Shown: positions 30,934-39,090 of the stretch, one piece after another
How positions within the stretch are numbered: position 1 is the stretch's first letter
Layout: each line of letters begins with the position of its first letter
Assembly (NCBI GenBank): GCA_040752695.1
Contig: JBFMGO010000018.1
Span: 804-64,803 of the forward strand
Origin: a bacterium
GTDB taxonomy: Bacteria; SZUA-182; DTGQ01
DNA length: 64,000 nucleotides
Direction: 5' to 3'
The notes under the pieces: generated by a model
Told to the model about the DNA's origin: nothing
Databases searched by the model: none
What the model saw: the letters and a program-made list of their open reading frames with translations, nothing else
Position numbers and translations under genes: made by a program

Positions 30934-33079
30934 ATTTTTAAAGAATCTTCTTTATCTCATGGCTGTTGCTGTTCTTATTGCCTCGACCTGCAGGATACTG
31001 AAAGAATATGAGCGGGCGGTTATTTTTCGCCTGGGAAAATTGCGGGACACGAAAGGTCCGGGACTGGTCTTTCTGATCCCGCTGGTTGACCGGATGCACA
31101 GGATTGACCTTCGGCTTGTATCGATTGATGTTCCCCGGCAGGATATCATGACCAGGGATAATGTTCCGGTAACCGTGGATGCAGTCGTTTACTTCAATAT
31201 CACTGATCCGGCCAGGGCAATCACCCGTATACAAAACATTTACCAGTCAACATTTCTGATCGCTCAGGCTACTCTGCGCAATGTCCTTGGTCAGGCAGAG
31301 CTGGATGACCTCCTCAGCCAGCAGGCGAAAATCAATCAGCAGTTGCAGCAGATTATCGCCGTAAACACCGGCCACTGGGGAATCTCGATTCCCATAGTTG
31401 AAATCAAGGAAGTTACCCTGCCGGAAGAAATGAAGCGGGCTATGGCTAAACAGGCGGAAACCGAGCGGGAGAGGCGGGCTCTTTTGATCGATGCCCAGGG
31501 TGAATACCAGGCTGCAAAGACCCTGGCCAAAGCAGGCCAGATTCTGTCCGGCAACCCTCAAAGCCTGCAACTGCGCTACCTTCAAACCCTGCGGCATATT
31601 TCCACCCAGCAAGGCTCGACTATCCTTTTTCCGCTGCCTCTGGATCTGATCAGCCCCTTTGTCAACGGGATAAAAGGGCTTCGGCCCAGGAGTGAGGAGG
31701 GAACGGCTATGAGTATGGGTTTGGATGTGGGTTTGGATAAAGCTATAGGTATGGACACGAATGTGGGTACGAATATGAGGGAAGATGAAGCCGCTGCCAC
31801 TGCCATCAGCGGCCTGAGCGGCAACTTCTCCGATGGTCCCATCCGGCAGGATACGGCGGATATATCACCAAAGATGCCAAACGTGAATCCAAAGATGCCA
31901 AACGTGAGCGATCTGTCAGGTTCCTTTTCTCTGCATGAATCAGCTCCCCTGAGGCAGCAGTCCCCGCTGAAGCAGCCGCCCCCGCTTAAACAGCCTTCAC
32001 CCCAAAAGGTTCTCCTGACCCAATACCAGCAGAAGTGGCGTAGCGGCCGGCTTCGGCCCCAGTTTGTGCAATGGCTGAGTACGAATCGCTGCCAGTTTCG
32101 ATGCACGCATTGCGAAACGACGGCCGGGCAGGCCAGCCCGGGAGAATTGACCACCAGTGAGGTCAAAAAGATAATTGATGATCTGGCTGATCTGGGATGC
32201 GAATTCTTTTCCATTACCGGCGGTGAACCCCTGCTGCGGCCCGATATCTTTTTGCTTGCCCGGCATGCCCACGAGCGGGGGATGAAAGTAGGGCTCACCA
32301 CAAATGGTCAGGCCACGGAGGAAAATCTCCTGGCCTTCGAGCAGGCGCGTTTTGATTCCTTGATTATTACCCTGGATGGCTGTCAGGGTACTCAGGACCG
32401 CCTGCGCGGCTGCCCGGGATCTTACGAGCGGGGAATCCGGACTATCGAATTCTACCATGACCTTGGGGCTCCCTTCATCGGGGTCAGCACCACACTTCTG
32501 GAAGAAAACATCAGGGATCTTCCGCAACTGACCGACGAGGTTTTTCGGGCCGGCGCCCACCAGCTCCAGCTTCAGCCCCTCCTTTTTCAGCATGGTCGGC
32601 CTAGCCGCAATAGCCCGGAAACAGTAAAAAATGCCTTCCGGTTTATCCTGGAAGCCAGAGGACGCGGGGTTGCCGTAGAACCGTCAGAGTCTTTCGGTTA
32701 TCTGGGGCCTTTGGAACCCCTGATCCGGACTAATCCTTTTTTTTGCGGCTGCGGCTGGAATACCTTCTGCCTGACCCATGAAGGAGAAGTATCAGGCTGT
32801 GCGGTACCGGTTCTCTCAGGCCAGACTGAGGGAAATATCCGGGATGGTTCTCTCAAAAAGATCTGGGAGCAGGAGTTTGGCAATTTCCGCAGGAATCTGC
32901 CAGCCGGGCTTTCCAATACGTGCCGGCAATGCCCGCACCTTTCACTTTGCCGGGGCGGATGCTGGCTCTTTCGCGCTCAAGGATTGAACCCCTGCTTCCT
33001 TCCGGAGGCAGAACAAGTGGAGGTCTTTTATGCGCTATATCCTCAAACTGCTGAAGGAAAAACCCAGGTATTACCTTGA
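30923..33079 (+). CDS. Fusion protein: N-terminal membrane SPFH/band-7 (stomatin/prohibitin-like) domain, low-complexity linker, C-terminal radical SAM + SPASM domain enzyme
   Basis: N-terminus: TM helix plus SPFH motifs (YERAVIFRLGKL...GPGLVFLIP...DAVVYFNI...). Linker: PKMPNV and PLRQQSPLKQPPPLKQ repeats. C-terminus: CX3CX2C (CQFRCTHC), a GGEPLL glycine-rich SAM motif, and SPASM cysteines (CGCGWNTFC...C...CRQCPHLSLCRGGC). One uninterrupted ORF. Start at ATG 30923 with an AAGGAG RBS. Confidence 0.7.
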   Translation: MQLEFLKNLLYLMAVAVLIASTCRILKEYERAVIFRLGKLRDTKGPGLVFLIPLVDRMHRIDLRLVSIDVPRQDIMTRDNVPVTVDAVVYFNITDPARAITRIQNIYQSTFLIAQATLRNVLGQAELDDLLSQQAKINQQLQQIIAVNTGHWGISIPIVEIKEVTLPEEMKRAMAKQAETERERRALLIDAQGEYQAAKTLAKAGQILSGNPQSLQLRYLQTLRHISTQQGSTILFPLPLDLISPFVNGIKGLRPRSEEGTAMSMGLDVGLDKAIGMDTNVGTNMREDEAAATAISGLSGNFSDGPIRQDTADISPKMPNVNPKMPNVSDLSGSFSLHESAPLRQQSPLKQPPPLKQPSPQKVLLTQYQQKWRSGRLRPQFVQWLSTNRCQFRCTHCETTAGQASPGELTTSEVKKIIDDLADLGCEFFSITGGEPLLRPDIFLLARHAHERGMKVGLTTNGQATEENLLAFEQARFDSLIITLDGCQGTQDRLRGCPGSYERGIRTIEFYHDLGAPFIGVSTTLLEENIRDLPQLTDEVFRAGAHQLQLQPLLFQHGRPSRNSPETVKNAFRFILEARGRGVAVEPSESFGYLGPLEPLIRTNPFFCGCGWNTFCLTHEGEVSGCAVPVLSGQTEGNIRDGSLKKIWEQEFGNFRRNLPAGLSNTCRQCPHLSLCRGGCWLFRAQGLNPCFLPEAEQVEVFYALYPQTAEGKTQVLP

Positions 33080-34166
33080 TAAGATAAAATATTATCCCAG
33101 GAACGTCGTTTGGGAGCTGACCCTGCGCTGCAACATGAATTGCGCTCATTGCGGTTCTGCGGCAGGCCCTGAACGGAGCAGGGAACTGAACCAGGAAGAG
33201 GCCCTGGATCTTTGCCATCAACTGGGGCGACTGGGCTGCGAGATTCTGACCCTGCTGGGAGGTGAACCCTTCCTGCGGGAAGACTGGGACGATCTGGCCC
33301 AATGCCTTAATGAGTATGGCGTTAAAGTGAATGCCATCTCCAACGGCTACCTCATGGACCAGGCCCTGGTGGACCGGATCAGGAAGGCCGGCCTTATCAA
33401 TGTGGCCATAAGCCTGGACGGACTTCAGGAAACTCACGAGAAGATCCGGCGAAAGCCAGGATCATATCACAGGGTGCTGAACGCCCTCACCCTGCTCCGC
33501 CGGAACGAGGTTTCAACTGCCGTGGTCACCACTATTTGCAAAAATAACCTGGCCGAGTTGGATGAGCTCTGCCGGATCGTCACGGAAAGCGGGGCGGAGA
33601 TCTGGCAGGTGCAGCTTGGCGTCCCCCGCGGGAGGCTGTGCGAACACGCCGAGTTTATTATCCAGCCTGAGGACATGCACACTGTCGAGCAATTTATTAT
33701 CCGGGTTCGCCAAAAGGGCCTGATCCGCCTGGATGTGGCCGACAACATCGGCTACTTCGGCCAGCATGAGGAGGCCCTCCGGGCAAATATACCCGGACGG
33801 ATGCCCCTATGGACCGGCTGCTTTGCCGGTGTGCAGGCCCTTGGCATCGAGGCCAACGGGGACATCAAAGGCTGCCTCTCCATGCCCTCTTTACCGGAGT
33901 TCAAAGAGGGCAACATCCGGCAGGAATCCCTGACCGCTATCTGGAACAAGCCTGGAAATTTCGCCTACAACCGCAGCTTTCATACCAGCCTGCTGGAAGG
34001 AGACTGCGCAGACTGTGCATATGACTATGTCTGCCGGGGAGGATGCAAATCTACAGCCTACTGCTTTACCGGCTCGATCTTCAACAATCCCTACTGTCTC
34101 TATCGACTGGAAAAGAAGGCAAGGGAAATAAAGCAGCCATCACCGGTTAGTCTGCATCTTCTTTGA
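33030..34166 (+). CDS. Radical SAM / SPASM domain protein (second maturase-like enzyme)
   Basis: CX3CX2C (CNMNCAHC), GGEPFL, and a SPASM twin-cluster region (CFAGV...C...CADCAYDYVCRGGC). GGAGG RBS. Overlaps the upstream gene by 50 nt, suggesting translational coupling. Confidence 0.8.
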   Translation: MRYILKLLKEKPRYYLDKIKYYPRNVVWELTLRCNMNCAHCGSAAGPERSRELNQEEALDLCHQLGRLGCEILTLLGGEPFLREDWDDLAQCLNEYGVKVNAISNGYLMDQALVDRIRKAGLINVAISLDGLQETHEKIRRKPGSYHRVLNALTLLRRNEVSTAVVTTICKNNLAELDELCRIVTESGAEIWQVQLGVPRGRLCEHAEFIIQPEDMHTVEQFIIRVRQKGLIRLDVADNIGYFGQHEEALRANIPGRMPLWTGCFAGVQALGIEANGDIKGCLSMPSLPEFKEGNIRQESLTAIWNKPGNFAYNRSFHTSLLEGDCADCAYDYVCRGGCKSTAYCFTGSIFNNPYCLYRLEKKAREIKQPSPVSLHLL

Positions 34167-34331
34167 AAATGGTCTCTGTCTTCTTTAAAAACCGGCATTC
34201 TTGCGGTATTCAATAAGGATCCACGATACCAATGAGCCATAATTTTTCTTTTTAAGGCCGATAAGGGAGAGGAAAAATCATAAACTTCGGGCCTCGTCAA
34301 AAGAGAGGATGAAAACAAGGAGACAATCACT

Positions 34332-34631
34332 ATGGCTCATATCTTTTTTGAAAAGCTGGAAAACCGGCAAAGCACTCAGGCGCTGTATGGAGGGGCTGGA
34401 CTCCCTGCTAAAAATAAGCCCGTTACTTCCGAGTGGGGAGGATCTGGCTGGTTTGAAGAGCATCCGGTATCGGTTTTGGAATATGCAGGGCCCACTCCCT
34501 GGACGCCACCTGGTGGCGGCAGGTTAAGCGGCTTCATAAGTGCCTGGTGGAATACCATGCTCGCATATTGGGAGGAGTGGGCTTTTCATCAGAGATTGAT
34601 GTATATGATATACCCGCCTGAAAAGAAATAA
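34332..34631 (+). CDS. Small Trp/Gly-rich hypothetical protein (99 aa); candidate substrate/precursor or accessory of the adjacent rSAM cassette
   Basis: Good RBS (AAGGAGA, 8-nt spacing). No Cys. W-rich (WGGSGWF, PWTPPGGG, AWWNTMLAYWEEW). Contains the string ...QSTQALYGG-AG.... Confidence 0.45.
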   Translation: MAHIFFEKLENRQSTQALYGGAGLPAKNKPVTSEWGGSGWFEEHPVSVLEYAGPTPWTPPGGGRLSGFISAWWNTMLAYWEEWAFHQRLMYMIYPPEKK

Positions 34632-35126
34632 TATTCGCAATACAACCTAAAAAGGATGAGATCCGGAAGAAATGCTCATGTCCAGGAGGGGGATAAAACC
34701 GGACATGAGCACCGGATATATCTTTTTCAGCCCTCCCCCGTATCCTTCCTATCCCGGATCAACCACGATAGTCTTAAGCCGTCTGCACGAATACCTCTAT
34801 AGTTTTAAGCCGTCTATACGGATACCGCTTCCGGATGCACTGCCCCATTTTAAATATTCGTAGAAAGTCTTTCCGTAACCGTAATAGAATGGAATCAATT
34901 ACCGCCTGATTAAAAATAGAAATTTGACTTAACCATCATGAATCTATCCCCAAAGAGGAATCTTTCTGTTAAAAACCCTTCAATGGTCGCTAAGGGGGTC
35001 CCATCCCTCTTGAGAAAAACGGGAGAAGCGGCATTTTGACAAGGAGGAAGAGGAGGAGGTATTTTGGGACAGACTCATGGAAAGACGTAAACAGCAAGGA
35101 AAGATGTGAATAAGGAGAACGGTAAG

Positions 35127-36863
35127 ATGATCACCATGAAACATTCAAAAAAGCATTTCTCTCTCACCCTGATCTTTACTATTGGCTTAGCAATAGTTCT
35201 TTGTACCACCTGCCTGCTTTGGCCCGCCCCTGTTACCGCTTCAGTAGAGTTTCTCTCTTTGTCAGATCTTCTTCCTTACTCATACCCTGCACTGACTTTT
35301 ACCGATATTTTCCGTCAATCCCTGTCAACGCTGTCACCCTCTCTGCCACTTTTGCCCTCTCTGCCGCTTTTGCCTTCACTCTCCAACTGGCAAAATCCGG
35401 CACCTTTCCTGACCTTGCCAGCCGCTCTTCAACCGGCACCAGGAGAGTTCCCGAATATTCTGGCTGGTCCCGGCCCTTCTTTTCTCTCCCTTCCTTCTCT
35501 TCTCCCCACCCCTTCCTTTCTCTCCGCTCCGCCTGCACCTTTAGCCCGTGTCGCTGCCGGGATTGTTCCTCCTCCACTGAACCCTGTTGTCGCCTCGCTC
35601 ACACCCCCGGTTCCTGTGGGGATCGACACACTCCAACTCCGAAATGGGCCGCTTGTTGCTTTGCAATCCCTGGGATCATTTATCCCTGGTGTGCCGACCT
35701 ACGTAAACGGCCAGGTCATGGTCACTTTTCTGCCCGGCACTCCCCCGGCTGAAATGGCCAGAGTCTATACCGCCAACCAGTGCCGTGAGATATACGCAAG
35801 TCCCTATGCTGGCTTTAAGCTCCTGGCCATACCAGCCCTTGTGTCACCGCTCGATATGACCCGACAGCTTGCCATGGAGCCTTCGGTCCTCTACGTAAGC
35901 CCCAATTATTACCGCCACGCCCATCTTATTCCCAATGATCCGTATTACACCTACCAGTGGCACCTGCCCAGGCTGAACGCCAGCTATGCCTGGGATTTTA
36001 GTACCGGCACCGGAGCACTGGTCGGCATCCTGGACTCCGGCGTGGCCTATGAGACAACCGCCACCTATGCCCTGGCGCCCGATCTTGCCGGGACACTTTT
36101 CGCACCCGGCTATGACTTTATCAACCTCGATACCAATCCGGATGACGATTACGGGCATGGAACGCATATGGCAGGATGCATCGCCCAGACGACCAACAAC
36201 CTGCTGGGGTGCGCGGGTGTGGCCTTCAATGCCACCATCATGCCGGTCAAGGTAATGGACAGCACCGGCAACGCGCCAATCAGTGCTGAAGTCGACGGCA
36301 TTTACTTTGCGGCCAACAGCGGAGTGAATATTATCAGCATGAGCCTTGGAGGAGCCGGTACCGACGCTACCGAGGCGGCAGCCGTTACCTATGCCTATAC
36401 GAATGGAGTATCCATCATCTGCTCAGCAGGCAACGCAGGCTCCAGCATCCCGGAATACCCGGCTTCCTACCCCGAATGCATTTCCGTAAGCGCTATCCGC
36501 TATGACTACACGATACCTGCTTACTCCAATTACGGGCAATACATCGACGTTTGCTCTCCGGGCGGAGATCTCACCGTTGACCAGAACCTCGACGGCTTTG
36601 GCGACGGGGTCCTGCAGCAAACCTTTGCATCACCCAATTATACGACCTTCTACTACTATTTCATGGAGGGTACTTCTCCTGCCGCAGCATTAGTCTCCGG
36701 AGCCGCTGCTCTCATCGTGAGTAAGAGCACGCTTCCCCTTACACCGCTTCAGGTGACCAATATTCTGGAGGGCAGCGCTACCGACCTGGGTACTGTCGGT
36801 TGGGATCAGTACTATGGCTACGGCCTGGTGAATCCCTACCTGGCCGTGCTCCAGACACCGTAG
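35127..36863 (+). CDS. Subtilisin-like serine protease (S8 family) with Pro/Leu-rich low-complexity N-terminal region
   Basis: Catalytic triad motifs: VGILDSG (Asp), HGTHMAG (His), GTSPAAALVSGAAAL (Ser). Signal peptide. AAGGAGAA RBS with 7-nt spacing. Confidence 0.85.
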   Translation: MITMKHSKKHFSLTLIFTIGLAIVLCTTCLLWPAPVTASVEFLSLSDLLPYSYPALTFTDIFRQSLSTLSPSLPLLPSLPLLPSLSNWQNPAPFLTLPAALQPAPGEFPNILAGPGPSFLSLPSLLPTPSFLSAPPAPLARVAAGIVPPPLNPVVASLTPPVPVGIDTLQLRNGPLVALQSLGSFIPGVPTYVNGQVMVTFLPGTPPAEMARVYTANQCREIYASPYAGFKLLAIPALVSPLDMTRQLAMEPSVLYVSPNYYRHAHLIPNDPYYTYQWHLPRLNASYAWDFSTGTGALVGILDSGVAYETTATYALAPDLAGTLFAPGYDFINLDTNPDDDYGHGTHMAGCIAQTTNNLLGCAGVAFNATIMPVKVMDSTGNAPISAEVDGIYFAANSGVNIISMSLGGAGTDATEAAAVTYAYTNGVSIICSAGNAGSSIPEYPASYPECISVSAIRYDYTIPAYSNYGQYIDVCSPGGDLTVDQNLDGFGDGVLQQTFASPNYTTFYYYFMEGTSPAAALVSGAAALIVSKSTLPLTPLQVTNILEGSATDLGTVGWDQYYGYGLVNPYLAVLQTP

Positions 36864-36987
36864 CCCAAAAGAATGCCAAAGACACCATCAACGGCCTTCA
36901 AGAACCGCCTTAAGGCTCCCCTGCACCGCTGCAAATGTGCAGCGGGCGTACAACAGGTTGATTTAAGGAGATAGACAAAAAACAAAG

Positions 36988-37485
36988 ATGCGGCCAAATG
37001 TCCAGGAATATATTTCAAGAGTTGAACAACTCTATGGCCGGATCGACCTGTGGCTTAGGAAACAAGCTTTGACTGCTCAAAGAGTGTTCATTGAAGTCGA
37101 TGAAGGGGGGCCGGAACGCTATAAAGCTCCACAACTTTTGATATGGAAAAAAAGGAAAACACTCGTTGCTGAGCTGCGGCCTATGGGCGTCTGGATAGCA
37201 GGTGCCAAAGGACGCATTGATATTATTGGACAGTTTGAGACAAAGGTTTTGGTCTACATGGAGATGATGAAGCTCAAGGCCAGTCCCCAGGATACGATCA
37301 GTGGCAAAGAGGAAAAAAGCAGTCTGAAACCACTGTTTGGGGAAATAGACCAATCAGGCTGGTACTGGATAGAAGACAAGCACCAGGGAAAAGCGCGACT
37401 TGTGGATGCTGCACTTTTCCCTGAGCTTTTGCTGGATGTTTCAGGATACGAATTATCCCCCCTCACACCGCCATTCTCCCCTTAA
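36988..37485 (+). CDS. Hypothetical protein
   Basis: ORF only. No recognisable domain. The RBS is distant. Confidence 0.3.
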   Translation: MRPNVQEYISRVEQLYGRIDLWLRKQALTAQRVFIEVDEGGPERYKAPQLLIWKKRKTLVAELRPMGVWIAGAKGRIDIIGQFETKVLVYMEMMKLKASPQDTISGKEEKSSLKPLFGEIDQSGWYWIEDKHQGKARLVDAALFPELLLDVSGYELSPLTPPFSP

Positions 37486-37705
37486 GAGGGGCACAAGAGC
37501 CCGCACGTGCAGATATTTTCTGCCCTAAGATACACATTAACAAGGATAATGGCCATATCCCCTTAATAATGCCGATCTATCAGAGCGAGCGCTTTTCTGG
37601 CAGAACAAGCGCTTTTCTGGATAGTCCTCAAAATTCAAGGTATAAGCAGTCATAACCCAATTTACCTCCAGCAGTCACAGACGAGGAAGATTAAGGAGAA
37701 TAATT

Positions 37706-38581
37706 ATGGCTCACCAGGTATATTATCAGGAAGAGGAGAAACTTCCTCCGCAACATCAGGACAGGCAGCCCGGCATTCAATCCATCATGATACCCCAGCC
37801 GAAGGAGAAAGGAACCTGGTATCATGGCAGCGACAAGCTGCTCGATAAGGTTGCGCTGATAACGGGGGGCGACAGCGGCATAGGGCGTGCAGTGGCTTTA
37901 TTTTTTGCCAGAGAGGGAGCGCACGTGGCTATTACCTATTATGATGAACATGAGGATGCTGAAAAAGCTCAGCAGATGGTTCAGGAGGAAGGACGCCGCT
38001 GCCTTCTCATAGCGGGGGATATACGTGACGATGCCTTTTGCAGGAGTGCAGTGCAAAGGACAGTCAATGAACTCAACCACCTGGACATTCTCGTCAATAA
38101 TGCTGCTTTCCAGACCTATCAGGAAAACCTGGAGTCCGTGACCAACGAGCAGATCGAGCGAATCTTTCGCACCAATATTTTCTCCTATTTTTATATGGCC
38201 AGAGCAGCAATCAGGCATATGAAACCGGGAAGTGCAATCATTAACACAACCTCGGTGACTGCTTATCGGGGGAGCACTCATTTTCTTGACTATTCATCAA
38301 CCAAAGGCGCTATTGTCTCCTTTACCCGGTCACTGGCCCTGTCTTTAGTCAATAAAGGAATCAGGGTAAATGGGGTGGCACCCGGCCCGATCTGGACTCC
38401 CCTGATACCCTCAAGCTTTCCGGCTGAAGCCGTACCTCAGTTCGGCACAGATGTGCCGATGGGGCGGGCCGGGCATCCTGAAGATGTTGCGCCGTGTTAT
38501 GTGTTTCTTGCCTCACGTGATTCTTCGTACATGACTGGACAAATCCTGCACCCGAATGGCGGCGAAATCATTAACGGCTAG
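37706..38581 (+). CDS. SDR-family NAD(P)-dependent oxidoreductase (YghA/general-stress-protein-39-like)
   Basis: TGGDSGIGRA cofactor motif, NNAA, and a catalytic Y...K (YSSTKGA). AAGGAGAATAATT RBS. Confidence 0.85.
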   Translation: MAHQVYYQEEEKLPPQHQDRQPGIQSIMIPQPKEKGTWYHGSDKLLDKVALITGGDSGIGRAVALFFAREGAHVAITYYDEHEDAEKAQQMVQEEGRRCLLIAGDIRDDAFCRSAVQRTVNELNHLDILVNNAAFQTYQENLESVTNEQIERIFRTNIFSYFYMARAAIRHMKPGSAIINTTSVTAYRGSTHFLDYSSTKGAIVSFTRSLALSLVNKGIRVNGVAPGPIWTPLIPSSFPAEAVPQFGTDVPMGRAGHPEDVAPCYVFLASRDSSYMTGQILHPNGGEIING

Positions 38582-38914
38582 GAAACGGTAATCAGGGCCG
38601 AATCTGTACCTGTTCCGGATCTGTTCAGGAAAAACCGCAAATAAGTCAGCCTAAATTCATATTAATCCGATATTCAGTTGTGAGATGCAAGATGCTGGAT
38701 GCTGAGCGTCAGGTACTGAAGAAGGCGGGCTGTGCCTGTCGTTCATGGCTTAACATTCCTGTTTGAGTGCCCATGCCTGGATTCGAATTTGAGTGCCCTG
38801 GATTCGAAATGGAGGTTGAGGACAGGCTTAGAGGCATCCCAAAACCTCCGGCAACTGGCAAACCATCTGCCCCAAATGCAGTTTTGGGATAGGCTCCTTA
38901 GTACACTGCGCATT

Positions 38915-38985
38915 AAATACGCAGCCAGATAGTGTGTAGTAATCCTTCGTCATTCCCGCGAAGGCGGGAATGACGGTTGGGTGGA
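38915..38985. repeat. Dispersed repeat copy A: conserved ~45-nt arm (cattaaatacgcagccagatagtgtgtagtaatccttc) plus perfect palindrome gtcattcccgcgaaggcgggaatgac
   Basis: The same arm recurs at 54957-55000. The palindromic core recurs at 57317-57340. Confidence 0.7.
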
Positions 38986-39019
38986 CTTTTTCTTAAAAGT
39001 GTCCGCTAAAAGGACAGAA

Positions 39020-39065
39020 ACAACCGATTGCGTAATTCCCGCTGCCTGTACTTAGGGATTTTTCA
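39020..39065. repeat. Short dispersed repeat (gtaattcccgc..c.tgtacttag); a second copy at 41637-41680 flanks the other side of glgX
   Basis: Two near-identical ~25-nt strings bracket the glgX CDS. Confidence 0.55.
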
Positions 39066-39090
39066 AGGACAGGCTCTTAGGAGGATACCT

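Noticed and set aside
31582-32593. Two overlapping minus-strand ORFs (239 and 198 aa)
   Set aside because: Antisense to the SPFH-rSAM fusion gene. Their composition is Arg/Ser/Pro-rich and has no motifs.
33030-34166. Idea that the two radical SAM/SPASM genes are AhbC/AhbD (heme synthesis), given the AhbAB-like gene in the window
   Set aside because: They are 23 kb from the decarboxylase and are translationally coupled to a PqqD-family peptide-chaperone gene. That favours a peptide- or protein-modifying role. This is not excluded without phylogeny.
34332-34631. Reading QSTQALYGG in the 99-aa protein as a double-glycine leader for the distant C39 transporter
   Set aside because: The hydrophobic positions are out of register with the consensus, and the gene is 20 kb from the transporter. 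The 59-aa peptide at 54721..54897 is a far better match.
34870-35100. Possible sigma70 promoter (TTGACT ... ) upstream of the S8 protease
   Set aside because: No convincing -10 hexamer at the appropriate spacing could be identified by eye.
38781-38830. Sequence ggattcgaa reminiscent of a tRNA T-arm
   Set aside because: It is a 24-nt tandem duplication (tgagtgccc..ctggattcgaa x2). No acceptor or anticodon stem could be built, so it is not a tRNA.
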